From NCBI GenBank assembly GCA_044222475.1, contig JBGANF010000023.1, positions 15,373-79,372 on the forward strand: a DNA stretch of 64,000 nt. The letters are read 5' to 3'. The position numbers and the translations under genes are program-made. The DNA is from Polyangiaceae bacterium. Its GTDB lineage: Bacteria; Myxococcota_A; Polyangia; Polyangiales; Polyangiaceae. This document shows positions 38,495-48,208 of the stretch, piece by piece (positions within the stretch are counted from its first letter, which is position 1; every line of letters starts with the position of its first letter). Under the pieces are notes generated by a model. The model had not been told where the DNA came from, ran no database searches, and worked only from the letters and a program-made list of their open reading frames with translations.

Positions 38495-39886
38495 ATGACC
38501 AAAGCACGGGTGACGGCGCTCACGGTCTTGGCTGCGCTCGGAGTCGTGGCCGCGTGCGCGACCTCGGCGACGTCGACCGGGCCGAGTTGCACCGGCAACG
38601 AGACGGCGTGCGGTGGTCGTTGCATCACGCTGACCAACGATCCGGCGAACTGCGGGGCATGCGGCACGAAGTGCGCGTCGACCGAGGTCTGCTCGGCGGG
38701 GAAGTGCTCCGGCTCGTGCAACGCCGGCTTCACGGCGTGCAGCGGCTCCTGCGTCGACGTGAAGACCGACAAGGCCAACTGCGGAAGCTGCGGAAAGGCG
38801 TGTACCGGCAGCGAGACGTGCTCCCAAGGGAAGTGCGGCACCGGAGGCGGCGGCTGCGAGGGCGGCACCGTTTCGTGCGGCAACTCCTGCGTCGACACCG
38901 CGACCGACAGCGCCAACTGCGGTCAGTGCGGCAACGCGTGCTCGCCGGGCCTGGTGTGCATCGCCAGCAAATGTGCGTGCACGGGCGGGCTCACCGTATG
39001 TCCCAAAGTGGTACCGTCGGGCGACGGTGGCGCGGAAGGCGGAGTCAGCGACGCCTCGAGCGACGGCGGGGCGACGCAGATCTGCGCCGACCTCAAGACC
39101 GACAACGCCAACTGCGGCGCTTGTGGCAACGCCTGCATGAACGGCGCGCAGTGCAAGATCGGCGATGGCGGGACACCGTTCTGCTACTCGCCGTGCGGCG
39201 ACGGCGTCCTCGGCGGGTCGGAACAGTGCGACGACGGAAACTCGATCGACAACGACGGGTGCAGCAACACGTGCACCTTCGGCACGATCACCGTCGCCGG
39301 CAATCAGCGCGCGTGGGTGAAGAACGCGCTCACCGCGCTCGGGGCGACCTTCACCGAGTACACCACGAACCAATGGGCGCCGGCGGGCGGAGGCGGCATC
39401 CTGATCGAGAGCAACGACGGCGGAACCGCCCCGTCCGACTACGCGACCAACATTGCAGCCGGCACGCACGTCCTCAGCGTCGGTGGGAGCGCGACCGCGG
39501 GGTGGGGCAACAACGTGAACCAGTTCGTCACGACCGACAACACGGCGTCGTGGCACACGCTCGGCTGCTCGCCGCACTGGACGAAGGGCGCGTCGCATCC
39601 GATCACCCAGTTCCTCCCGGCGACGTACGTCTTCCCGAACGTGAGCGTGAGCTACCACATGCACCACCTCGCGAACGCGCAGCCGGTGGGCGCGCAGCTG
39701 CTCGGTACCGTGTGCGACAGCCCCGGCGCGAACGGTGTCATGGCCGTGCGGCTCGCGAACAGCAAGGGCACGTTCACCGATCTCGCGTTCGACGCTACCG
39801 GGTCCTTCGCGGACTCGGCAGCGGAGACGGCGTTCATGCAGCCGTTCATGAAGGGCTACCTCGCGTTCGTCCGCGGGCCGCACTAG
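38495..39886 (+). CDS. Cys-rich repeat lipoprotein (Stig1-like repeats plus a myxobacterial Cys-rich repeat)
   Basis: GGAGG RBS, lipobox VAAC, four C.D..TD.ANCG.CG..C repeats and CGDG...EQCDDGN..DNDGCS..C. Confidence 0.85.
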   Translation: MTKARVTALTVLAALGVVAACATSATSTGPSCTGNETACGGRCITLTNDPANCGACGTKCASTEVCSAGKCSGSCNAGFTACSGSCVDVKTDKANCGSCGKACTGSETCSQGKCGTGGGGCEGGTVSCGNSCVDTATDSANCGQCGNACSPGLVCIASKCACTGGLTVCPKVVPSGDGGAEGGVSDASSDGGATQICADLKTDNANCGACGNACMNGAQCKIGDGGTPFCYSPCGDGVLGGSEQCDDGNSIDNDGCSNTCTFGTITVAGNQRAWVKNALTALGATFTEYTTNQWAPAGGGGILIESNDGGTAPSDYATNIAAGTHVLSVGGSATAGWGNNVNQFVTTDNTASWHTLGCSPHWTKGASHPITQFLPATYVFPNVSVSYHMHHLANAQPVGAQLLGTVCDSPGANGVMAVRLANSKGTFTDLAFDATGSFADSAAETAFMQPFMKGYLAFVRGPH

Positions 39887-39895
39887 CCTGAGGCG

Positions 39896-40723
39896 GTGCG
39901 CCGCTCGATCTTCAGCCTCGTCGTGCTGCTCGCGTGCACGAAAGACCGGGGTCCGACTCCGAGCGTGCCCGAAGATCACGAAGCGCCCCCGATGGCGTCG
40001 GCGGTGCCGAGCGCGAGCGCGAGCGCAATCCCCGAGCCGCCGATCGACGAGGGCTTCTTCGAGGCGGGGCCCATCGGCTCGGCGACCGCGATCACCCGCC
40101 CGGGAGCGCCGACGGTGCGCTACGCCGCCCTCGACCAGGCGACCTGCGAGGCCGAGCTCGGCAAGCGCGCGGTCGCGTTCGTGCGCGCGGCGCCGACGGC
40201 GGGCGTGCGCGCGCCGGTGCGGCTCCGCGGTCCGCTGCACGGTGTGTCGATTCACTCGGCGCTGCCAGCGGCGCAGATCCTGACGTCCGAGATCGAGATC
40301 TTCGACTGTCGCCTGGTGCTGGCGTTGGACGACTTCACCGCGATGATCGCGAAGCACGACGTGGTCGAGATGATCCACCTCTCGGCGTACCGATCGCAGA
40401 AGAACGGCGGCTGCACGCCGAAGTACGCGGGCAAACAGCACTGCGCAGGGCTCGCGCTCGACGTGGGGACGTACAAGAAGAAGGACGGCTCGACGCTCGA
40501 CGTGAAACGCGACTTCAGCGGCAAGATCGGGATCGCGACGTGCGGCCCGGGGACGCACCCGATCAAGCCGAGCCCGGCGGCAAACGAGCTATGGAGCTAC
40601 GTCTGCGACGCCGCGAGCCGCGGGTACTTCAACGTCATCTTGACGCCGAATTTCAACCTGCAGCACGAGAACCACATGCATCTCGAGGTGACGCCGGATG
40701 CGGAGTGGATGTTGATCCACTAG
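39896..40723 (+). CDS. Extensin-like (peptidase M15-related fold) lipoprotein
   Basis: Lipobox LLAC, QHCAGLALDV, LTPNFN..HENHMHLE. Confidence 0.75.
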   Translation: MRRSIFSLVVLLACTKDRGPTPSVPEDHEAPPMASAVPSASASAIPEPPIDEGFFEAGPIGSATAITRPGAPTVRYAALDQATCEAELGKRAVAFVRAAPTAGVRAPVRLRGPLHGVSIHSALPAAQILTSEIEIFDCRLVLALDDFTAMIAKHDVVEMIHLSAYRSQKNGGCTPKYAGKQHCAGLALDVGTYKKKDGSTLDVKRDFSGKIGIATCGPGTHPIKPSPAANELWSYVCDAASRGYFNVILTPNFNLQHENHMHLEVTPDAEWMLIH

Positions 40724-40740
40724 CCGCTTCCGCTTCCGCT

Positions 40741-43200
40741 TCAGACTTTGATTCGCTTCATGTCCGGGTCATACAACGGCCTCAGCGACGCAACCGCGGG
40801 GTACTTCTTCCCCGCGATGTCGACTTCCCATTTTCCTTCGTCGAGCCACGCCTGCGTGATCGGCGCATCGCCCTCGATCATCGCGAGCCCCACCGCCCCT
40901 CCGAGCGTGAACCCGTACGACGCCGCGCGGATGTAGCCGACCGCCTTGCCGTTGCGATGCACGACCTCGGCGTGGAACATCATCGGCTCGGGATCCTTCA
41001 CCAGCACCTGCACGATCCGCCGGCGGAGCGGCCCCTCGGCCTTCTTCGCGAGCACCGCCTCTCGACCGAGGAACCCGCCCGGCTTGTCCATCGCGACCGC
41101 AAACCCGAGCCCCGCCTCGAGGACCGAGTCGGTGTTGTCGATGTCGTGACCGTAGTCGCGATACCCCTTCTCCATGCGCAAGCTCGCGAGCGCCTTGAGA
41201 CCCGCGTGCCGAAGCCCGACCTTCTTGCCCGCCTCGACGATGCGCTCGTACGCGTGCACCGCCTGCTCCGCCGGGACGTAGAGCTCGTAGCCGAGCTCCC
41301 CGAGGTACGTGATGCGCACGCAGAGCGCGCGCGCGAAGCCGATGTCGATCTCTCGCGCGGTGCGGAACGGAAACGCCTCGTTCGAGAGATCCACCGACGT
41401 GATCGACTGGAGCAGCTCGCGCGACCGCGGGCCCTGCACGTTGAGCTGCGCGTAGCCCGACGTCACGTCGGTCACGAACGCGTGCGCGTCCTCCGGGAAG
41501 TGACGACGCATCCACGTCTCGGCGTGGCGGTGCGCGGTGTCCGAAGCGACGACCCAGTACCGCTCGTCACCGAGCTTCGTGACGGTGAGGTCCGCTTGGA
41601 TCTTCCCGGCGCCGTCGAGCCACTGGGTGTACGTGATCTGCCCCGTCGTCTCGTTCACCTTGTTCGCGGAGATGAAATCGAGGCACTTTCCCGCGTCGCG
41701 GCCCTGCACGAGGAATTTCGCCATGAACGACATGTCCATGAGGATGACGCCGCTCCGCGCCGCTTCGTGCTCCGCCTGCCAGTACGGAAACCAGGGCTGG
41801 CGACCCCACGAGAGCGAGTCGACCTTCGGCTCCACGCCGGGCGGCGCGTACCAATCTGGGCCTTCCCACCCGCTGACGTCCTTGAAGTACGCCCTCTCGG
41901 CGACGAGCTTCTCGTGGACCGGCGATCGCTTCGCGCCGCGAGCGGTCATCATCGAGCGCGTCGGGTAGTGGCACTGGTAGACCATCCCGAGCGACTCGAC
42001 GGTGCGCGTCCGCCGGTACTCGGGGTTCGACTGGTAGACGTGCAGGCGGTCGATGTTGAACCCGGTGATGTCGACGTCGGGCCGGCCGGTCGTGATCCAG
42101 TGCGCGAGCACGCGACCGAGCCCTCCGCCGGTGAGGATGCCGATCGAGTTCAACCCGGCCGCGACGAAGAAGTTCTTCACCTCCGGCGCCTCGCCCACGA
42201 CCGGCTGCAGGTCCGGCGTGAAGCTCTCGGGGCCGCAGAAGAACTTCTTCACTCCGACCTCGAGTGAGCGAGGCACGCGGCTCATCGCCTTCTCGACGTA
42301 GGGTCCCATCCGATCCCAGTCGGGCGTGATCTCGCCGAAGGAGAAATCCTGAGGCACGCCTTCGACCTTCCACGGCGCGCAGACGGGCTCGAAGAGCCCC
42401 ACCATGAGGCCGCCGACCTCTTCACGGAAGTACCCGTACGACGAGGGGTCTTCGAGCACCGGCCACTTCGGATCGATCTCCGGGATCTTGTCGGTGATGA
42501 GGTAGTAGTGCTCCGCCGACTGGAGCGGCACGTTGACGCCGGCCTTCGCCGCGAGCTCGCGAGCCCACATTCCGCAGCAGTTGACGACGTACTCGCACTC
42601 GATGTCGCCGATGGGCGTGCGCACGCCGGCGACCGCGCCGCGCTTCGTGAGGATCTCGAGCGCTGGGACGCCTTCGAGGATGGTTGCACCCTGCAACCTC
42701 GCGCCCTTCGCCATCGACATCGTGACGTCGACCGGGTTCACCCGCCCGTCGCCGGCGACATAGAAGCCAGCGAGCAGGTCGTCGGTCTTGGCGAGCGGGA
42801 AGAGCTCCTTCACGTTCGCCGGCGAGATCTCCTGCACGTCGACCCCGCAGTGGCGGTTGAACGCCGAGACGCGTCGGTACTCTTCGAGGCGATCCCGATC
42901 GGCCGCGACCTCGATGAACCCGACCGGCGCGAATCCCGTCGCGAGCCCGGTCTCTGCCTCGAGTCGCGCGTAGAGGTCGCGCGTGTACTTGCGCATCTCG
43001 GTCGACGTTTCGGACGTCGACCCGAAGCAGACCATCAACCCGGCGGCGTGCCACGTCGTCCCCGAGGTGAGGCGATCACGCTCGAGGAGAACGGTGTCCT
43101 TCCAGCCCAGGTGCGCGAGGTGGTACGCGACCGAGGTCCCGATGATGCCGCCGCCGATGACGACGACGCGAGCGCGTGAGGGGAGTGCAGGGCCGGCCAT
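40741..43200 (-). CDS. GcvT-family FAD-dependent oxidoreductase (dimethylglycine/sarcosine dehydrogenase-like)
   Basis: VIGGGIIG, SGTTWHAAG, GPESFTPD, aminomethyltransferase domain (ITYLGELGYELY, SLRMEKGY). ATG at 43200. Confidence 0.93.
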   Translation of the reverse strand: MAGPALPSRARVVVIGGGIIGTSVAYHLAHLGWKDTVLLERDRLTSGTTWHAAGLMVCFGSTSETSTEMRKYTRDLYARLEAETGLATGFAPVGFIEVAADRDRLEEYRRVSAFNRHCGVDVQEISPANVKELFPLAKTDDLLAGFYVAGDGRVNPVDVTMSMAKGARLQGATILEGVPALEILTKRGAVAGVRTPIGDIECEYVVNCCGMWARELAAKAGVNVPLQSAEHYYLITDKIPEIDPKWPVLEDPSSYGYFREEVGGLMVGLFEPVCAPWKVEGVPQDFSFGEITPDWDRMGPYVEKAMSRVPRSLEVGVKKFFCGPESFTPDLQPVVGEAPEVKNFFVAAGLNSIGILTGGGLGRVLAHWITTGRPDVDITGFNIDRLHVYQSNPEYRRTRTVESLGMVYQCHYPTRSMMTARGAKRSPVHEKLVAERAYFKDVSGWEGPDWYAPPGVEPKVDSLSWGRQPWFPYWQAEHEAARSGVILMDMSFMAKFLVQGRDAGKCLDFISANKVNETTGQITYTQWLDGAGKIQADLTVTKLGDERYWVVASDTAHRHAETWMRRHFPEDAHAFVTDVTSGYAQLNVQGPRSRELLQSITSVDLSNEAFPFRTAREIDIGFARALCVRITYLGELGYELYVPAEQAVHAYERIVEAGKKVGLRHAGLKALASLRMEKGYRDYGHDIDNTDSVLEAGLGFAVAMDKPGGFLGREAVLAKKAEGPLRRRIVQVLVKDPEPMMFHAEVVHRNGKAVGYIRAASYGFTLGGAVGLAMIEGDAPITQAWLDEGKWEVDIAGKKYPAVASLRPLYDPDMKRIKV

Positions 43201-43257
43201 GGATCTGGCGGAGCATATAACGCGGAAATTGGGCGGGCGGGAGCTGATACAACCCTG

Positions 43258-44412
43258 ATGATGCGCTGGCGATTCGCGACCGTCCTGGTCTTCGGCTTGG
43301 GGTGCCAACGGGCATGCGCGACGCAGCCGACCGTGGAAGCGGGCGCGACCGATGCGGACACCGACGTCACGCAAGACGCCGGTCGGGTGAAGGCCGCCCG
43401 CGTGATCGACGCCGGGAGCGATGCCGCGCTCACCGCGGAGCAGCGGCAAGCCTACGTGGCGGCGCTCGTCGAAGGTCGCAAAGCCACGATCGCCAAGCGC
43501 TGGGGCGACGCAATCACCGCGTTCGATCGCGCGCTCGCCATCGTCCCGAGCGACGCCCGCGCCCTCTCGGAGCGCGGATACGCGCAGCTCCTCGGCGGAC
43601 ACCCCGAAGCGGCCCGGCACGACCTCGAGCGCGCGAGGTCTGCGTGCGATCCGAAGGACACGAAGCTCGGCGCGCAGATCGAGTTCAACCTCGGCCTCGC
43701 GTGCGACGCGTTGGCCGACACCGGCGTCGACGATCAACTGCGCGGAGAAGCGGTGGGACACTACCGGCGCTCCAACGATCTCGCGCCGAGCAAAGCCGCG
43801 GCCGCGAAGATGGGCGGGTGTCCCGCATCGTGGGGTGCGGCCAAGACGACGACGTTCGGTTCCCGCGAAGACGTCGAAGGGAAGCTCTCGGTGCCCCGCG
43901 CCGAGTGGGAGGAGCTCGACGACCCTGCGGGAGTGTTCGTCCACCGCGACCCGACGCACACCGACGTCCTCCTTCCGATCGACGCCGGTCGCTGGGCGCA
44001 CGTCGCCGTCGGGGCCACGGCGCTCTGGCACTGCGGAGCGACGGGCGAGCTTGCGGTGGAGAAGGTGGGGCCGGCCTGGAAGCTCACCTACCAGTCCCAC
44101 CGAAACTCGATGTCGGCCGGGCTGTGCTTCTGCGCCGATGGCGTCGTGTGCAACGCGAGCGAAGGCGCACCGAGCGAAGGCGCCAAGTGCGCCTGCGCCG
44201 ACCCCGCGTGCCCCATGGTGTGCGGCGGCTCCGAGTCACCCGAGGGCGACCACACCGTGACCTTCGTCGACCAGAAGACCGGCGCAGGCATCTGGCACAC
44301 CCACGTCGACCACGCCTACCTGAACGAGGTCACGTTCGACGTCGATCTCTCCGCCAAGCGCTTCCACGCGACCGGGCTCGGCTGCATCGCCGACATCGCA
44401 CTCCCCAAATGA
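43258..44412 (+). CDS. TPR-containing lipoprotein with Cys-rich C-terminal region
   Basis: LGC lipobox, DAG linker, TPR-like AITAFDRALAIVPSDARALSERGYA. Confidence 0.7.
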   Translation: MMRWRFATVLVFGLGCQRACATQPTVEAGATDADTDVTQDAGRVKAARVIDAGSDAALTAEQRQAYVAALVEGRKATIAKRWGDAITAFDRALAIVPSDARALSERGYAQLLGGHPEAARHDLERARSACDPKDTKLGAQIEFNLGLACDALADTGVDDQLRGEAVGHYRRSNDLAPSKAAAAKMGGCPASWGAAKTTTFGSREDVEGKLSVPRAEWEELDDPAGVFVHRDPTHTDVLLPIDAGRWAHVAVGATALWHCGATGELAVEKVGPAWKLTYQSHRNSMSAGLCFCADGVVCNASEGAPSEGAKCACADPACPMVCGGSESPEGDHTVTFVDQKTGAGIWHTHVDHAYLNEVTFDVDLSAKRFHATGLGCIADIALPK

Positions 44413-45647
44413 AGCCCTCACGCGGGAGGGCGTGGTTCGTCGCCATCGTGTGCACGCTCGCGATGACCGTGAGCTACGTCGATCGACAGGTGCTCGCCGC
44501 CCTGGGCCCGACCGTCCGCACGAAGCTCGACTTCGACGCCACCCACTTCGGTTGGCTCACGAGCGCGTTCGCGTTCTGTTACCTCACGTTCGCTCCCGTC
44601 TCGGGATCGTGGATCGATCGGGTCGGGACGCGGCGCGGGCTCATGATCGCCGTGCTCGTGTGGTCGGTCGTCTCCGGTCTGCAAGGCGCCGCGTTCTCGT
44701 TCCCTGCCCTCTTCGCGATCCGCGCGCTCCTCGGCGCCGCCGAGTCGCCGTCGTTTCCCGCCGCCGCGCGCACGGTGCGCAACGTTCTCCCGGACCGCGA
44801 TCGCTCGGCCGGGCTGGGGCTGCTCTTCACCGGGAGCTCCATCGGCTCGATGATCGCCGGCCCCCTCGCGATTTGGCTCAACATCAAGTTCGGTTGGCGG
44901 GCCGCCTTCGGGATCGCCGCCGCCCTCGGTACCGTTTGGGTACCGCTGTTCTGGTTCGCCACTCGACACGACTCGGTGAGGACCCTGATCGGTGCGCGCG
45001 AAGAGAAGCTGACGCGCGCGCCAGTGTGGACCATGCTCCGCAATCGTGACGTCCTCCGCGCGGCGCTCCTCGTGATCGGAAGCGCGCCCGGGATCATGCT
45101 CGTCATCAACTGGTTCCCTCAGATCCTCGACAAGACGTTCCACGTCGTCCAGAACGCGCAGGCGCGCTACGTGTGGGCGCCCCCCGCCGCGTTCGACGTT
45201 GGCGCCATCGGCTTCGGGTGGATCGCGAGCCTCCGCGATCGACGCGCGAAGGGCGGGATCGCCGAGAAGCGCGACCTCATCGCGATCGCAGCGATCCTGG
45301 CGTCGACGCTCGCGGTGGTGCCGCGCGCCGGCGACGCGACGCGCGCGACGATCGTGTTGGCGCTCGCCATGATCGGCGGCGGTGCCATCTACACGCTCAT
45401 CACGTCGGAGATGCTCGCGCGGATCGATCCGAAGCTCACCGCGACCGCCGGCGGGATCACCGCGGCCGCCCAGTCGATCGCTCAGATCATCGCGGGACCG
45501 CTCATCGGCAAGAGCGTCGACAAGAGCGGCGGCTACTCGATCGCGCTCGTGGTGCTCGGAGTATGGGTGATCCCGTTCGCCCTCGTCTGGATCCTGGCGC
45601 AGCCGCGGACGCAAACGTTGCGCCCATCACGCGAACCCCCTGCGTAG
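44409..45647 (+). CDS. MFS transporter (ACS/ExuT-like)
   Basis: ATG overlaps the upstream TGA. VSYVDRQ, GSWIDRVGTRR, RALLGAAESPSFPA, about 12 TM segments. Confidence 0.92.
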   Translation: MKPSRGRAWFVAIVCTLAMTVSYVDRQVLAALGPTVRTKLDFDATHFGWLTSAFAFCYLTFAPVSGSWIDRVGTRRGLMIAVLVWSVVSGLQGAAFSFPALFAIRALLGAAESPSFPAAARTVRNVLPDRDRSAGLGLLFTGSSIGSMIAGPLAIWLNIKFGWRAAFGIAAALGTVWVPLFWFATRHDSVRTLIGAREEKLTRAPVWTMLRNRDVLRAALLVIGSAPGIMLVINWFPQILDKTFHVVQNAQARYVWAPPAAFDVGAIGFGWIASLRDRRAKGGIAEKRDLIAIAAILASTLAVVPRAGDATRATIVLALAMIGGGAIYTLITSEMLARIDPKLTATAGGITAAAQSIAQIIAGPLIGKSVDKSGGYSIALVVLGVWVIPFALVWILAQPRTQTLRPSREPPA

Positions 45648-45675
45648 GCTCGCTCGACACCGCGAGAAAACAGGT

Positions 45676-45691
45676 GGGCGCGGTCATTGCA
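45676..45691 (+). promoter_or_regulatory. Sigma54 (-24/-12) promoter
   Basis: GGGCGCGGTCATTGCA has GG-N10-GC spacing and lies 14 nt before ATG 45704. Confidence 0.6.
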
Positions 45692-45703
45692 GACCGCGAA
45701 GGC

Positions 45704-47518
45704 ATGTCCGCCCTCGACATGCTCATCCCGACTCCGCGTCAGCTCGAGATCGACACGGTGGACCTCGCGCTCCCGCAGGCGAAGGCGTGGGAGCTCGTGC
45801 GTCATGCCGACCTCGGTCGCTACTCGCCGTTCGTGCGAGCGCTGTTCGCGATTCGCACGCTGCCATCTCGGGTGAGCGGCAAACAGGTGGACGAAACCCT
45901 GTTGAGGATCGACGACCTCTCCTCGACCCCCGAGAGGCCCGGGTTTCAACTCCTCGTGGAGGACGCACCGAACGAGCTCGTCGTGGGTGCGATCGGCAAG
46001 GTGTGGCACCTCGAGATCCCGTTCGTCCACGTCGCGAGCGCCGACGACTACGCCGACTTCTCGACGCCCGACTACGCGAAGGTGGCGTGGGCGATCCGGG
46101 TCGTCCCTCTCGGAGAGCGCGACTCTCGGATCGAGGTCGAGGTGCGCGTCGACACCACCGACGAAGCGTCTTGGGCGAAGTTCCGCCGCTACTACCGGTT
46201 GATCGGGCCCGGGTCTCACTTCATTCGTCACTCGGTCCTGAGCGGTCTCGTCCGCGACCACGGAACCCCGGAGGCGAAGGAGAACGAACGACCGCTCCCC
46301 GGCGACGAGCTCCTCCCGGACGCATCGGCGCAGATCACGCAGTGGGTCGACGTTCGCGCGAAGCCGTCGGCGATCTGGCCGTGGCTCGTCCAGATGGGCG
46401 GCCACCGCGCGGGGTTCTACAGCATCGATCTCCTCGACAACGAGAACGTCCGGAGCGCGCACGAGCTCCACCCCGAGCTCTCCAGGATCCGCGTGGGTGA
46501 CGTGCTACCGGCGACGCGCAGCTCGCGCGACGGCTTCGAGGTGCTGCGGATCGTGCAGAACAAGGAGCTCATCGTTGGCGGACTGTTCGATCCCGCAGCG
46601 AAGAAGCAGCTGCCGTTCGTGACGCCGCGACCCGAGAGCTTCTGGCAGGTCACGTGGGCGTTCTTTCTCGAAGAGCGCGACGAAGGGACGACACGCATCC
46701 ACGCCCGCGCGCGCGCCGCCTTTTCGCGGAGCAGCTCGCTCCACGCCGCGTGGATCCGGCCGGCGCATCGGCTCATGCAGGCCTCTCAGCTCCGCAACCT
46801 GGCCGCGCTGGTCGAAGGGCGCGCGCCGCAGCAAGACTGGCGCGACGTCAGCGCGGGCGTCGGTGGCGCGGCGGTGATGCTCGCTGCCTTCCTCACGCCG
46901 TTCATGCGCCGCGCTCGCCGCCACTGGGGCCTCGACGAAGCCACCGCGAATCGCACGTTGCCGGGTGACGAGCTCATCCCCGTACCAACGTGGGACTGGA
47001 CGCACGGCATCGAGATCGAAGCCGAAGTCGAGCGGGTCTGGCCGTGGGTCGCCCAGATCGGCGCCGACCGCGGTGGCTTCTACAGCTACCAGTGGCTCGA
47101 GAACCTCGTCGGCTGCAACGTGCACAACGCCGAGCGGGTCCACCCCGAGCTCGCGCTCGGGCCGGGCGCCATGCTCTCGCTCCACCCCAAGATGCCGCCG
47201 CTCCCAATCGCGCTCTTCGAGCGCGGGAGCCATTTCGTCGCTTTCGCTGCGGCAGACGAGAAAGCGCGCGCGGCCGGCAAGCCGTGGATCGCGACGAGCT
47301 GGGGTTTCTACGTCGAACCCATCGCGAAGGGACGCTGTCGCTTCATCAGCCGATACCGCTGCGAAGCGTCGGACGATGCTCTCAGCGCGCTCGAGTACGG
47401 GCCGCTGCTCCTCGAGCCGATCGGCTTTGCGATGGATCGACGCATGCTCCTCGGAGTGAAGGCGCGGGTCGAAGAGGCGGCGCACGCCGCGCTCGCCGCG
47501 CACGAGGTCCGCGCCTGA
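45704..47518 (+). CDS. Three-domain SRPBCC/START-like protein (DUF2867-like domain plus two tandem SRPBCC repeats)
   Basis: Internal repeat LPGDEL.P...WPW..Q.G..R.GFYS...L.N occurs twice. N-terminal domain with AKVAWAIRV...FRRYYRLIGPGS. Confidence 0.7.
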   Translation: MSALDMLIPTPRQLEIDTVDLALPQAKAWELVRHADLGRYSPFVRALFAIRTLPSRVSGKQVDETLLRIDDLSSTPERPGFQLLVEDAPNELVVGAIGKVWHLEIPFVHVASADDYADFSTPDYAKVAWAIRVVPLGERDSRIEVEVRVDTTDEASWAKFRRYYRLIGPGSHFIRHSVLSGLVRDHGTPEAKENERPLPGDELLPDASAQITQWVDVRAKPSAIWPWLVQMGGHRAGFYSIDLLDNENVRSAHELHPELSRIRVGDVLPATRSSRDGFEVLRIVQNKELIVGGLFDPAAKKQLPFVTPRPESFWQVTWAFFLEERDEGTTRIHARARAAFSRSSSLHAAWIRPAHRLMQASQLRNLAALVEGRAPQQDWRDVSAGVGGAAVMLAAFLTPFMRRARRHWGLDEATANRTLPGDELIPVPTWDWTHGIEIEAEVERVWPWVAQIGADRGGFYSYQWLENLVGCNVHNAERVHPELALGPGAMLSLHPKMPPLPIALFERGSHFVAFAAADEKARAAGKPWIATSWGFYVEPIAKGRCRFISRYRCEASDDALSALEYGPLLLEPIGFAMDRRMLLGVKARVEEAAHAALAAHEVRA

Positions 47519-47524
47519 TCACGA

Positions 47525-48133
47525 TCAGGCGGTCGCGAAGACCAGCCACTCCACCAGCGGAGCTGCCGTCTTGATCTGGGTCACCAGCCACGGGACCAGC
47601 TTCGGCGACGCGATCAGCCCCTTCGGCATCTTCGGAAAGCCCACCGTCAACCCCTTCCGCTTCAGGTGCTCGCCCTTCTTGGAGAGGGCCTTCAGGAGCT
47701 TCTCTAGCTCCACACCGCGCTTGTCGGCGACGGCCTTCCGGAAGCGCTCGAGCGCGGCCGGATCCATCATGTAGTGCCCGGCGGCGGCGAACATCTCGGG
47801 CAAGCCGATGTGGATGTAGAGCGCCATCGGGACCTCGGTCGCCTTGCCGGAGCGCTTGGTCGGCAGGAAGCCGCCGATGTGCGTCTTGTAGGGCGACTTG
47901 TCCTTCGAGAAGCGCACGTCACGGAAGATGCGGAAGACCTTCGGCGCGTCGAGGTCGCAGTGGGCGAACGCCCCGTCGACCTTGGCCGCGACCTCGTCGA
48001 GCAGCTCCTTCATCGGCTTCTGGTAGCCGTCCTCGAACTCCTTCTTGTGGGCGTTGAACCAGTCTCGGTCTTGGTTCTTGGCGAGACGGCGGAAGAAGCC
48101 GGCGTCGGCTTCGGCGAACCCAGTGAATGCCAT
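47525..48133 (-). CDS. DUF2461 (TIGR02453-like) family protein
   Basis: NQDRDWFNAHK, FRIFRDVRFSKDKSPYKT. ATG at 48133. Confidence 0.88.
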   Translation of the reverse strand: MAFTGFAEADAGFFRRLAKNQDRDWFNAHKKEFEDGYQKPMKELLDEVAAKVDGAFAHCDLDAPKVFRIFRDVRFSKDKSPYKTHIGGFLPTKRSGKATEVPMALYIHIGLPEMFAAAGHYMMDPAALERFRKAVADKRGVELEKLLKALSKKGEHLKRKGLTVGFPKMPKGLIASPKLVPWLVTQIKTAAPLVEWLVFATA

Positions 48134-48157
48134 GGTGCGAGGGTAGACAAAACGCAT

Positions 48158-48188
48158 CGCCCCGCGAAGAGGATCTCTTCGCGGGGCG
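48158..48188 (-). terminator. Intrinsic terminator-like hairpin after the AgmX/PglI-domain gene
   Basis: CGCCCCGCGAAGAG-GAT-CTCTTCGCGGGGCG perfect 14-bp stem, followed on the - strand by ATGCGTTTT. Confidence 0.8.
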
Positions 48189-48208
48189 TCGTCGTTTCCC
48201 GAATCAGC

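Noticed and set aside
40724..40740. CCGCTT x3 between convergent genes
   Set aside because: Too short and unstructured to support a function.
40741..44100. 1119-aa ORF as an extended GcvT protein
   Set aside because: The FAD-binding motif begins just after ATG 43200. The extension is antisense to the TPR lipoprotein.
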